Shown: positions 1-9,439 of the stretch, in pieces
Layout: every line of letters starts with the position of its first letter
Position numbering within the stretch: the first letter of the stretch is position 1
Source: a virus
Strand: one strand, 5' to 3'
IMG/VR virus record: IMGVR_UViG_3300033075_000609
Location: 5,224 to 69,223 of that record
DNA length: 64,000 nucleotides
Program-made: the position numbers and the translations under genes
Notes under the pieces: model-generated
Told to the model about the DNA's origin: nothing
What the model saw: only the letters and a program-made list of their open reading frames with translations
The model's database searches: none

Positions 1-2
1 AT

Positions 3-137
3 TGTGGATGTGGGCTTGGTAATCAATCTATTAAATTAAGATGTACCTCTTGTGCTTGTCCTGTAAATAAATGGCAAGCAGTAACTTCTGTAGAAGAACA
101 AAAAGAAATAGAAAAAATAATTGAAAATGAGCAATAA
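3..137 (+). CDS. 3' part of a small Cys-rich (Zn-finger-like) protein, truncated by the window edge
   Basis: Manual translation: CGCGLGNQSIKLRCTSCACPVNKW...ENEQ*; CGC...CP..KW pattern; not in the ORF track. Confidence 0.6.
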   Translation, partial: CGCGLGNQSIKLRCTSCACPVNKWQAVTSVEEQKEIEKIIENEQ

Positions 138-372
138 AGAACTAATACTTAAAAGATTGTTAGAAGATAAGCACATCACTATAGATGAAATGTTTATTTT
201 AAATGGGAAAGAAATTCCACTACCTACAACAGTAATAATAAAAGATTTAACTCCCAATAGAGTTACACAAATTGGATACCCTGATTGGACTTGGAGACCA
301 GGATATGCTCCATATTATATAAATGCCCCATTTTGTAATTCTATAAACTTAAATGAAAAAAATGAAGGCTAA
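127..372 (+). CDS. hypothetical protein
   Basis: ORF track 121..372; ATG at 127 overlaps the previous gene end. Confidence 0.6.
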   Translation: MSNKELILKRLLEDKHITIDEMFILNGKEIPLPTTVIIKDLTPNRVTQIGYPDWTWRPGYAPYYINAPFCNSINLNEKNEG

Positions 373-592
373 AGTAATTACACAACTACAGAAATGCCAT
401 TTAATAGAAAAAATGTTTTATTACATAACTTATGGTTCAGCAGAACATGATATTTTTATCACTAAAATAACAAAAAAAGGTTTGGATGAAACTATTGAAT
501 TTGTAGGAGATAATAATTTTAAAATACCTGTAGGAGCAGAATTTTATATAGGTAAACAAAATGATAAGAAACTGAAAATGAAAATAATATGA
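353..592 (+). CDS. hypothetical protein
   Basis: ORF in a tightly packed operon. Confidence 0.55.
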   Translation: MKKMKAKVITQLQKCHLIEKMFYYITYGSAEHDIFITKITKKGLDETIEFVGDNNFKIPVGAEFYIGKQNDKKLKMKII

Positions 593-759
593 TTAAACAA
601 CCTAAATTGACTAAAACTACTAAACAAAGTTTGAAAAAGATTATTCAAAAAGAACAAACTAATAGCTTTACTAATGATGCATTAGATGCTTTTAAAATAA
701 ATGGAGAAATAACAGGTAAGGAAGTTATTAAAAAATATAATGAATGGAAGAGAAATTAG
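589..759 (+). CDS. small hypothetical protein (56 aa)
   Basis: Manual translation MIKQPKLTK...EWKRN*; ATGA overlap with the previous gene; fills the gap. Confidence 0.55.
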   Translation: MIKQPKLTKTTKQSLKKIIQKEQTNSFTNDALDAFKINGEITGKEVIKKYNEWKRN

Positions 760-1181
760 AATTGCATATTATGAATATACAAGAAAAAATATTAAAATTA
801 AGTTTGGAAGAAAAGGAAAATTTAAATGATGGATATCACTCATTTAAAGAATTATATGAATTTAGAATGATTTATAATGCTGCTTTATTTAATGAATGGG
901 CTACACAAATTTCAATAAATCCAAAATGGAGTAAAGAAGCCAATCAACCTGTAAAATTACCAAAATACAATGTTCATAAATCATGGAGACATCATGATGG
1001 AGAACTTTGTTTTGGTGGTGGCTGGTTTATAGTAGTAGCTGTATTACCTACAGGACAAATAAGCAATCATTATGAAGCAAAAGATTGGGGTTTATTTAAA
1101 ATACCAGAAGTAGAAAAATCTTTATTTGAGTTTGATGGACATACATCACAAGATGTATTAGAAAGATTAAAAAGTTTATAA
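744..1181 (+). CDS. WDGH-type conserved phage protein
   Basis: Motifs DGYHSFKELY, KSWRHHDG, GGWFIV, GQISNHY, FDGHT. Confidence 0.7.
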   Translation: MEEKLELHIMNIQEKILKLSLEEKENLNDGYHSFKELYEFRMIYNAALFNEWATQISINPKWSKEANQPVKLPKYNVHKSWRHHDGELCFGGGWFIVVAVLPTGQISNHYEAKDWGLFKIPEVEKSLFEFDGHTSQDVLERLKSL

Positions 1182-1969
1182 TGTATTTTAAACCATCCAC
1201 ACATCAATATATTATACAGGGAAGACCTTATATTTCTTTTAGTTCTATTATTAAATTGGTAGAACCTGAAAAAGATTGGGATGCTATAGCAGCTAAATAT
1301 GCCAAAAAACATTCTACTAAAAAAGACCCACTTACTGTAGAAGATGTAAAAGCAAAATGGGCTGAAAAAGGTAGAATAGCAAGAGAAAGAGGTACTTTAT
1401 TTCATGCTTTAAAAGAAGAAGAAGATATAAATTGTAAAGACAAACCAGTATATTTTTCAGAAACTAAGGATGATATTAAACCAATTAGAAATCTTGAAAC
1501 CCTTGAAGATGGTATTTATCCTGAGCTAACTCTTTATAATAATGAATATCAAGCTTGCGGAACAGCAGACAAAGTAATCATTGAGACCATAAATAACATA
1601 AGATATGTAGATATTATAGATTATAAAACATCTGAAACAATTGATTTAGAGAGTTATTATGATGCTCGTAATCAAAAATTTGCTATGTTAGCTAATCCTT
1701 TACAATCTGTAATGGATTGTAATTTTATGAAATATTCTTTGCAACTATCCATGTATGCTTTCTTCTTGGAAAAATATAATTTTACTCCCAGAAATCTTAT
1801 ACTTATCCACTTAGTAATTAGTGAGTTAGAAGATAATAAAGATTCTAAATATGTAATAGAATATGAGGATAAAAAGTTCCATGTGGAACATGAAATAGAA
1901 TACCCAGTAAAATACATGAAAAAAGAAGTTAAAGCACTTCTGCAATATCACAAATCAAAACTGAAATGA
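1181..1969 (+). CDS. PD-(D/E)xK (Cas4/RecB-like) nuclease
   Basis: ERGTLFH, GTADKV..IIDYKT, YSLQLSMY motifs; position near terminase is typical of crAss-like phages. Confidence 0.85.
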   Translation: MYFKPSTHQYIIQGRPYISFSSIIKLVEPEKDWDAIAAKYAKKHSTKKDPLTVEDVKAKWAEKGRIARERGTLFHALKEEEDINCKDKPVYFSETKDDIKPIRNLETLEDGIYPELTLYNNEYQACGTADKVIIETINNIRYVDIIDYKTSETIDLESYYDARNQKFAMLANPLQSVMDCNFMKYSLQLSMYAFFLEKYNFTPRNLILIHLVISELEDNKDSKYVIEYEDKKFHVEHEIEYPVKYMKKEVKALLQYHKSKLK

Positions 1970-2130
1970 AGAAAATAATTGATAAATTTATAATTTATTT
2001 TTCATATAAAAATCCTCAATTATGGTTAGAAATAAATGAATGGATTTTTGATGAGATAGAAGATTGTAAAAAGAAACAAAAAGAAAAGATGTACAAGAAT
2101 GTACAAGAATTAATAAAAAAATTAAAATGA
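1966..2130 (+). CDS. small hypothetical protein (54 aa)
   Basis: Manual translation MKKIIDKF...LIKKLK*; ATGA overlaps at both ends. Confidence 0.55.
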   Translation: MKKIIDKFIIYFSYKNPQLWLEINEWIFDEIEDCKKKQKEKMYKNVQELIKKLK

Positions 2131-2522
2131 TTATAGATAAAAAATATGTAGAAATTCCCGAATTATTTTTTAATAAATATCTACAAATAGCAGAAGAAAA
2201 CAAATATATATTTACAAATATTTTTTCTGATTTTGCAATTCATGATACTATTGTAGATTTTAATACATTGCAAGAAATTTTTGTAATTAATACATGGAAA
2301 GGATATTATGAATTTGATGGTTCAAAATTGTTAACATTTAATTCCCCTATTATACAAGTATTTCATTTTAAATTAGATGGATTTATTTTATCAAAAGAAG
2401 AATTGATTGTGGATGAAATTATTAAAGAAGTTTACTCAAGATGTACAATAGTTGATTTAGTAATATCACCTATAAAAAGAGTAGAATTATTTGATGAAAA
2501 AGTAATACCTTTAGAGTTATGA
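2127..2522 (+). CDS. hypothetical protein
   Basis: ORF with ATGA couplings at both ends. Confidence 0.6.
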   Translation: MIIDKKYVEIPELFFNKYLQIAEENKYIFTNIFSDFAIHDTIVDFNTLQEIFVINTWKGYYEFDGSKLLTFNSPIIQVFHFKLDGFILSKEELIVDEIIKEVYSRCTIVDLVISPIKRVELFDEKVIPLEL

Positions 2523-3028
2523 TTACAGATTTATTTACAGTAGAAAATGGTAAAGTGAAACCTAGTCTTCATTGTCACTTAATACCTGAATTTAAACAGA
2601 TAATAGATAAATATGATAAAAGAGCTACAGATATGTTAGCCTATGCATTTTATTTTGCCTGTCCTTTTAAATCTATTAATCCTTATGCAGATTATTCTGA
2701 CGATGAAAAAGAAGATATTTTAAAAAAAAAATTTGTAGTTTTTCCAGATAATCCAGATGTATTATTAGCTATAGAAGCTATGAGAGGAATGTATGTTACA
2801 GCTTCTTATAGATACTATCAAAAAAACAAAAAAAATCTTGAAGATATAATGGACTATATTGATTCATCCATAATTTTTGATTCTGATTCTTTAACTCAAA
2901 GGATTAAAATAGCTGAAAAATGTAATAAGATAAAAGCAGAGTTTGATGAAATGGAAAAAAATGTAGAAGCAGAAAGAGGAAAAATGAAAACCAAGGCAAA
3001 TAGAACAACGGGAAAAGGAGAACTTTAA
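2519..3028 (+). CDS. putative terminase small subunit
   Basis: 169-aa helical/coiled-coil protein just upstream of terL; call rests on position. Confidence 0.45.
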   Translation: MITDLFTVENGKVKPSLHCHLIPEFKQIIDKYDKRATDMLAYAFYFACPFKSINPYADYSDDEKEDILKKKFVVFPDNPDVLLAIEAMRGMYVTASYRYYQKNKKNLEDIMDYIDSSIIFDSDSLTQRIKIAEKCNKIKAEFDEMEKNVEAERGKMKTKANRTTGKGEL

Positions 3029-3038
3029 AAATAATAAT

Positions 3039-3251
3039 ATGGAAAATAGAAAAAAAGTAATGTATTTTATAAGACATTCAGGAGAAGTAGGTAGTGGATA
3101 CCTCACAGAGTATAAATTTAAGGAAGGAGAATATGAATTAGTTGGTATAGAAAATCAATTTAAACATGATCTGATATATGTACCTTCTATTGATATTCAT
3201 GAAAATTTTGATGATTTAGTTACTCAATTAAAGAATTGGTTTAGATTCTAA
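3039..3251 (+). CDS. hypothetical protein
   Basis: ORF track; abuts terL. Confidence 0.55.
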   Translation: MENRKKVMYFIRHSGEVGSGYLTEYKFKEGEYELVGIENQFKHDLIYVPSIDIHENFDDLVTQLKNWFRF

Positions 3252-3252
3252 A

Positions 3253-5373
3253 ATGTTAACTACAGATCAGGAATATATAGACCAAATTAAGCAGGTTGGT
3301 AAGTACAATCTGAAAGATACTCATAAATGGAGAGAGAGAGCAATCTATTTCCAAGAAAATGAATATTATACTGATTTTGTAGAGGATACTCATGATTGGA
3401 ATGAATTTTGGGATGAAGAAGAGAGGAGAATAAAGGAAGGTATTTGGATAGATGGATTTTATATTCCAGGATTATATTATTTCTATCTCAATTATTTACC
3501 TATCTATCATAAGCAATTAAATAAGTATGAATTTCCCGATGTGTATGATATGGATTATCATACATTTCTTTGTCTTGAACATGCTATGTTTCTAAAAAAA
3601 CACTTTGTAGTTATTAAGAAAAGACAAGCAGGTTTTACTTTAAAATTTTGTGTTCCTTTAATTAGGGAACTTTTTTTTGAAAGAGGTTCACCTAATTATT
3701 TAGCTACCTATGAAGAAGCTCAAGTATTAAAAACATGGACTGAGGTTATAGAACCTTATAGGGAACATCTTAATACTCATACTGCTTGGTATAGAGAATT
3801 TACTCCATCTAAACCTTTAAATTGGAGGGTAGCTAAACAGGTAATATCTGAAAGTGGAAGGAATATTACTGTAGGGAGGAAGAATATTTTAAAAGGACTT
3901 ATACTTTCCAAATCTCCCTCAAAAGGGGTTGGGGGTTCAGCAAGATTTATATTTGCAGATGAAGCAGGGGTAAATCCTGTATTGTCTAAATTTATAGGTT
4001 ATGTTAAACCCATGATTACTTACGGAGACACTACTACAGGTACAATTATAGTATCAGGAGCAGTAGGTGAACTAAAACATTTGGAAGGAGGACTAAAAGA
4101 ATATATTCAATACCCTGAGAAAAATAGTTTTTATGCTGTAGATAATATTTGGGATAAGGATAATGAGTTTTCAGGTAAAAAGTGTGGATTCTTTGTTCCT
4201 GAATCTTGGGCTTACTTTGGAGTAGATAGAGATCCAACTTCAGAGTTTTATAATCAACCTTTTATTGATGAACATGGTAATTCATTTGTAGAAAGAGCAG
4301 AAGAATATATTAAAAAAAAACGTGATGGTTTAATAGATGAGGGAGAGGAAGCAGATAAATTTGACATATCTCAAAAACCACTTACTTTAGCTGAATGTTT
4401 TCAATATAGAGGAGATAATGTATTTCCTACAGATTTAATTAATCCTCAAATAGCCAAGGTAGAAAAAAATGAAGATCATGGGACATTTATAGATTTATAT
4501 AGAACTCAAGATAAAGTAGTCAAACATAAATTATTATCCAAATATGACCACAAACCTATTCTTGAACATCCTATTGATCCAAAAAGAAAAGATAAGGATG
4601 GAGTAATGCAGGTGTGGGAATTTCCTCCACCAAATAGACAAACATATGGAGTATATTGGGCAGGAATAGATATTGTAGCAAGTGCTACTTCAAATACTTC
4701 TCCTTCTTTAAATTCTATTCATATATATAAAGGATCACATAATTTATCAGATGAATACACTGAAGATAGAATAGTAGCTAAATTTATGTCAAGAACATCG
4801 GATAAAATGGATTTTTACAAAAAAGCTATGTTATTATTAGAGTGGTATAATGCTGAAGCTCTTGTAGAAAATAACGTTACTTGGTTTATTGAAGAAGCAA
4901 TTAAAGCTAAAGAACAATTTAGATTAGCTAGAAATCCTCAATGGGCTAGAGATATGACTCCTCAAGGTATTTCTCATATTAATAGACCTTTTGGGGTATT
5001 AAGTGGAACTAAATTAATAGATAAGATGATAGAAGCTATATCTTCTTATATTAAAGAACCTACATATGTTACATATGATGAGAATACAGGAGAACCTACT
5101 CAACATTATGGAGTTGAAAGGATAAGAGATTTACAACTATTAAAAGAATTAGTTAACTACAGACCTAAAAAAGAGTATGAAAAAGGAAATTATGATTCAA
5201 TATTTAGTTTTGGATTAGCTTTATTACATGCTCAAAATAATGAAGTTTTAGGAATAATCCCAGAAGATACAAAAGAAAATGTAAATTTTAATCAAAAAAA
5301 TGCTAAATTAATGTTGAGAAATAGATTTTCTCACACAAACTTAAAAAAATTATCTAATGCCAATAATATATAA
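3253..5373 (+). CDS. terL: terminase large subunit
   Basis: KKRQAGFT Walker-A-like, IFADEAG Walker B, WAGID nuclease motif, LVENN; precedes portal. Confidence 0.95.
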   Translation: MLTTDQEYIDQIKQVGKYNLKDTHKWRERAIYFQENEYYTDFVEDTHDWNEFWDEEERRIKEGIWIDGFYIPGLYYFYLNYLPIYHKQLNKYEFPDVYDMDYHTFLCLEHAMFLKKHFVVIKKRQAGFTLKFCVPLIRELFFERGSPNYLATYEEAQVLKTWTEVIEPYREHLNTHTAWYREFTPSKPLNWRVAKQVISESGRNITVGRKNILKGLILSKSPSKGVGGSARFIFADEAGVNPVLSKFIGYVKPMITYGDTTTGTIIVSGAVGELKHLEGGLKEYIQYPEKNSFYAVDNIWDKDNEFSGKKCGFFVPESWAYFGVDRDPTSEFYNQPFIDEHGNSFVERAEEYIKKKRDGLIDEGEEADKFDISQKPLTLAECFQYRGDNVFPTDLINPQIAKVEKNEDHGTFIDLYRTQDKVVKHKLLSKYDHKPILEHPIDPKRKDKDGVMQVWEFPPPNRQTYGVYWAGIDIVASATSNTSPSLNSIHIYKGSHNLSDEYTEDRIVAKFMSRTSDKMDFYKKAMLLLEWYNAEALVENNVTWFIEEAIKAKEQFRLARNPQWARDMTPQGISHINRPFGVLSGTKLIDKMIEAISSYIKEPTYVTYDENTGEPTQHYGVERIRDLQLLKELVNYRPKKEYEKGNYDSIFSFGLALLHAQNNEVLGIIPEDTKENVNFNQKNAKLMLRNRFSHTNLKKLSNANNI

Positions 5374-8077
5374 TAGTGGAATTTTTGGACAACCTGCTCA
5401 AGCTCTTCCTACAGATGAAAAGGATGAGTTATGGAAAAGAGCCAATCTTGATTGGATGGAGCAATTATTAAAATCACATCTTCCTGAAAAACAAAAAAGA
5501 CTTTCTAAGAATTACAATATGGCTCAAGGAGTCATAGATGTAACTGACTATATTGATGTAGAGGATAATGAATTTAAAGGTTTATTTGATATTGTAGAAA
5601 CTGGCTTAGAAGATTCTTTATTAGCTGAAAGTGAAATAATTGCAGATGACCTTAATTTTTACCCAATTGTCCCTACTATTATAAATGTATTGAGTGGAGA
5701 ATTACTTAAAAAGTTTGATCACATTAAGATTAAAGCTATTGATGAATATTCTACCAATGAAGCTTATGAATATAAAAAACAATTAATGCTTCAGTACATT
5801 CAACAAAAAGCCCAAGCTAAAATTGCACAAACACTTGAACAACAAGGTATTACTCAAGATAATCCTGATTTTCAACAACAATTTGAAGGACAAATGCAAC
5901 AAGCAATGTCTCTTCCTCAGATTCAAAAATTCATGCAACGTAATTATAAATCTAATTATGAAGAATGGGCAAATAGAATTATGGAACAGGCAACTTATAA
6001 ATATAAGTTACAGGAAAAAGAATTGGAACTTTTTAAACATCAATTAATTGTAGATGAAGCCTATGCTGAGATTCGTATAGATGAAAATGACATTGATATA
6101 GTATTATGGAATCCATATGATACTTTAGTTATCAAACCTAAGCATATTAAATACACTACAGATGCAGATTTAGTAGCCAGACAATATTGGACTACTATTC
6201 ATGATGTAGTATCAAAATATAGAGATAAGATAGATAAAGCTCTTATTGAAAAGTATAATACTCCTCTTGGAGTAACTCCTTCTTTTTCAGAACATAGATT
6301 ACAACCAGATGATAATCAGTCTCTTATGATAAATGAGAAAAAGTTGATTGCATTTAAATATATGATGGGAGGAATGGAATTATCAGCTACTTCTAAAGTA
6401 TTAATTACTGAAGGATATTGGATGTCCAGAAGAAGATTAGCTAAATTAACTGCTGTATATGAAGGAGTTAAGGTAGAAAAAGTTGTAGATGATACTTTTA
6501 AAGTTACAATTAAACCTCAATATGATAAAGACAAAAATCTAATTGCAGGAGAAGAACTTGAATATTTTTATGCTCCTCAAGTTTGGAAAGGAACTAAAGT
6601 TAATTTTTCTTATGGTTCAGTTCCTTCTACGGTAGTAAATGAAAATGATTATTTGGAAAAAACTATATTTGGTAAAGAAGATAGTGTAGATGAATTAAAT
6701 AAAGATGTATCTAGAGGTTGGGTATATATAGATGTACAACCTACTGAATATCAACATACTGATTCTATAAACCCATTTAAACCTAAAATACCTGTAGTAG
6801 GTTGTGATGGTTTTGAACCAAATATGAATGTAGGTAAATTGTCTTTAATAGATAAAACAAAAGCCCTTCAAGTCCTTTATAATGGATTTATGAATGAAAT
6901 AGATAAATTTGCCAAAACAGAAATTGGACTATTTTATATCATGGATCAAAAACTTATTCCTCAAAAATCACTGGATGGTAGTTGGGGTAAATATAATTGG
7001 CTTAAATTCATAATGACAGCTAAAGATACAGGATTGGGAGTAGTAGATAATTCAGCTTCTAATATGGAAGGAGGGTCTATTATGCAACAACCTACTGTAG
7101 TTAATTTATTAAAAAATCCTCAATTTCAGTCTCGTATAGAATTAGCAAATTATTGTGAACAACAAATTCTTAAAATCATAGGTATTACCCCTCAAAGAAT
7201 GGGGACTATAAATTCTCAAGAAACTGCTACAGGGGTAAATCAGGCAATTAATAATTCTTATTCTCAAACAGAATTGTATTTCTTTAATCATACTAAATTA
7301 ATGGAAGAACTTAAAACTCTTCTTTTAGATGCTGAAAAATATGTAGAATCTAAAAAACCAGTATCAAGAGTTCAATATTTAAATTCAGACCAAGAAAATA
7401 TGATGTTTGAATTAGATACAGAAGATTTATTACTTAGAAGATTTAATATTTATGTAACATCTTCTCCAGATAGTACAAGAGCTTTGGAGCAATTAAGACA
7501 ATTAGCTATTCAAGATAATACTACAGGAGCTTCTCTTTTAGATAAAGCAGTTATTATTGAGACTTCTAATATTAGAGACATAAAAGATCAATTAGCTCAA
7601 TCTTTACAAAAAGTACAGGAACAAGAACAAGCTAAAAGACAACATGAACAAGAAATGTTAGATAAACAATTAGCAACACAAAAAGAAGAAGCTGAAGCAA
7701 AAAGAGCATTTGATGCCAGAGAAAGACAAAAAGATCGTTTAAAAGATATGTATATAGCAGATGTAAAAGCTGTAGGATTTGCAAAAGATAATGATATTGA
7801 TGGTTCAGGTATAAATGATGCACTTGAAATAGAAAGATTTAATTTAGAGCAACAAAAATCTTATTCAGACATTTTAAATACTGAAATGCAACATAAATCA
7901 AAAGAAAAAGAATTAAAATCTAAATTAGATATAGAAAAAGAAAAAGTAACTATCAAAAAACAAGAATTACAATCTAAGGAAAGGATGAAAAATCTCGAAA
8001 TTCAAAGAGACTTAGCTAATATGATCAATGACGAAAAAATTGCTAAACTAAATAAAGAAGGAAGAAATAAAAAATAA
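5357..8077 (+). CDS. portal protein (crAss-like)
   Basis: NFYPIVPTIINVLSGE, GITPQRMG, ETATGV motifs; long C-terminal coiled coil with DIDGSGIND; follows terL. Confidence 0.92.
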   Translation: MPIIYNSGIFGQPAQALPTDEKDELWKRANLDWMEQLLKSHLPEKQKRLSKNYNMAQGVIDVTDYIDVEDNEFKGLFDIVETGLEDSLLAESEIIADDLNFYPIVPTIINVLSGELLKKFDHIKIKAIDEYSTNEAYEYKKQLMLQYIQQKAQAKIAQTLEQQGITQDNPDFQQQFEGQMQQAMSLPQIQKFMQRNYKSNYEEWANRIMEQATYKYKLQEKELELFKHQLIVDEAYAEIRIDENDIDIVLWNPYDTLVIKPKHIKYTTDADLVARQYWTTIHDVVSKYRDKIDKALIEKYNTPLGVTPSFSEHRLQPDDNQSLMINEKKLIAFKYMMGGMELSATSKVLITEGYWMSRRRLAKLTAVYEGVKVEKVVDDTFKVTIKPQYDKDKNLIAGEELEYFYAPQVWKGTKVNFSYGSVPSTVVNENDYLEKTIFGKEDSVDELNKDVSRGWVYIDVQPTEYQHTDSINPFKPKIPVVGCDGFEPNMNVGKLSLIDKTKALQVLYNGFMNEIDKFAKTEIGLFYIMDQKLIPQKSLDGSWGKYNWLKFIMTAKDTGLGVVDNSASNMEGGSIMQQPTVVNLLKNPQFQSRIELANYCEQQILKIIGITPQRMGTINSQETATGVNQAINNSYSQTELYFFNHTKLMEELKTLLLDAEKYVESKKPVSRVQYLNSDQENMMFELDTEDLLLRRFNIYVTSSPDSTRALEQLRQLAIQDNTTGASLLDKAVIIETSNIRDIKDQLAQSLQKVQEQEQAKRQHEQEMLDKQLATQKEEAEAKRAFDARERQKDRLKDMYIADVKAVGFAKDNDIDGSGINDALEIERFNLEQQKSYSDILNTEMQHKSKEKELKSKLDIEKEKVTIKKQELQSKERMKNLEIQRDLANMINDEKIAKLNKEGRNKK

Positions 8078-8124
8078 AATTAAGAAATTGTTAATTAATT
8101 ACTAAAAAATTAGGATTAACAGAA

Positions 8125-8149
8125 ATAACTTATTAAATTAATATTGAAG
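8125..8149 (+). promoter_or_regulatory. degenerate copy of the putative late-promoter motif
   Basis: ATAACTTAT-TAAATTAATATTGAAG resembles TTAATTYNN-TAWATTATAGTGATG; lies upstream of the scaffold/MCP block. Confidence 0.35.
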
Positions 8150-8165
8150 AAGAAAAATCACCAAC

Positions 8166-9290
8166 ATGGCAGAAAAAGAGAATCCAGGAATTTTTAATGA
8201 TTCCTCAGACATCGGTTCATTATTTGAATCAGTCACAGACACCCCAACTATTGACTTAGAATCTGAAAAAGTAGATTTATTTTCAGACAAAGAAGAAGAA
8301 ACTGAAGAAAAAGAAGTTCCTTCTCTTTTTGAAGACAAATTTAAAGAAAAAGAAGAAACTTCTGAAGAATCAGTAGAATCTTCCTCTTTTGGAGAAGCTA
8401 TTCAACTTTTGATTAAATCAAATGATGAGTTTTTAGTTTATGAAGGAGATGAAGAAGGTAAATTGGATTATACTCCAGAACAATTTGTTGATCTCTATCA
8501 ACAAAATTTAAAAGTTCAAGGTGAAAAATTAGCAGAAACTATTTTAGAAAATGCTATTTCTCAACTTAGTCCTACTATGCAAAAAGTATTGTCAGGAGAA
8601 TTTAAAGGGGTAAATGTATCTGATTTAGTAAAAGAATTATCTGATTATCAAGAAATTGAAAAACTACCAGAAAATCCTACTCCAGAAGAAAAGGAAAAAA
8701 TTGTAAGATTACATTATAATAGATTAGCCAAAGAAAAAAATAAAGATGCTACATGGGCTAATAAACAAGTAGAAAAAATTATAGATAGAGATGAATTAGA
8801 ATCAGAATTTGAAGAAGCTAAAGCAGAAATTTTCCAAGATTTGGAAAAGAAACAAAGAGAGAAAGAAGAGGCAGTAGCTTTAAAACAAAAGGAAAAGGAA
8901 GATTTTAAAAAGTATCATAACTATTTTGTAACAGAAGCCTTAAAAGAAGATAATTTATTTGGTATTAATTTATCAAAATCTAAAAAAGAACAAGTTGCTA
9001 ATGTATTATCGACTTTTGCTGTAAGACCTACAGATAAAAAAGAAAAACTAGGATTAACTGCATTAATAGATAGTTATATTCATAGTGAAAATCCAAAAGA
9101 AACTTACAAAATATTAGCTCTAATGAGTTTAGCTGCTGTAGCACCTAATGAATTAGTTGAACAATTAAAAGTTTCAGCAGAGAAGAAAGTTACTGGAGAA
9201 ACTATAAAAAAATTAAAGGTAGCTGATAAAGTTACTCCTTTAGAAGAAAAGAAAAAACAAACTCCTCAAAAACCAGGAAATATTTTTTAA
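8166..9290 (+). CDS. acidic putative scaffolding protein
   Basis: Very acidic N-terminus, helical; located between portal and MCP. Confidence 0.65.
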   Translation: MAEKENPGIFNDSSDIGSLFESVTDTPTIDLESEKVDLFSDKEEETEEKEVPSLFEDKFKEKEETSEESVESSSFGEAIQLLIKSNDEFLVYEGDEEGKLDYTPEQFVDLYQQNLKVQGEKLAETILENAISQLSPTMQKVLSGEFKGVNVSDLVKELSDYQEIEKLPENPTPEEKEKIVRLHYNRLAKEKNKDATWANKQVEKIIDRDELESEFEEAKAEIFQDLEKKQREKEEAVALKQKEKEDFKKYHNYFVTEALKEDNLFGINLSKSKKEQVANVLSTFAVRPTDKKEKLGLTALIDSYIHSENPKETYKILALMSLAAVAPNELVEQLKVSAEKKVTGETIKKLKVADKVTPLEEKKKQTPQKPGNIF

Positions 9291-9291
9291 T

Positions 9292-9408
9292 ATGGCAAAA
9301 ATGACAAAAGCAGTAGGTAAAAAAGTAAGTACTAAATTACCTACACCTAAAATGACAAAAAACAAAGCCAGTATGACTGGAGGCAAGAAAGTAAAAGGTT
9401 CTTGTTAA
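9292..9408 (+). CDS. small basic peptide (38 aa)
   Basis: Manual translation MAKMTKAVGKKVSTKLPTPKMTKNKASMTGGKKVKGSC*; starts 1 nt after the previous stop. Confidence 0.65.
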   Translation: MAKMTKAVGKKVSTKLPTPKMTKNKASMTGGKKVKGSC

Positions 9409-9439
9409 ACAATTAAACATTAAATAACTAAACACAATT

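Noticed and set aside
2089-2110. 10-bp tandem duplication (GTACAAGAAT x2)
   Set aside because: Only two units inside a small ORF; probably slippage with no evident function
3253-5373. Intein or intron in terL
   Set aside because: Ordinary length, contiguous motifs, no LAGLIDADG or intein junction signature seen
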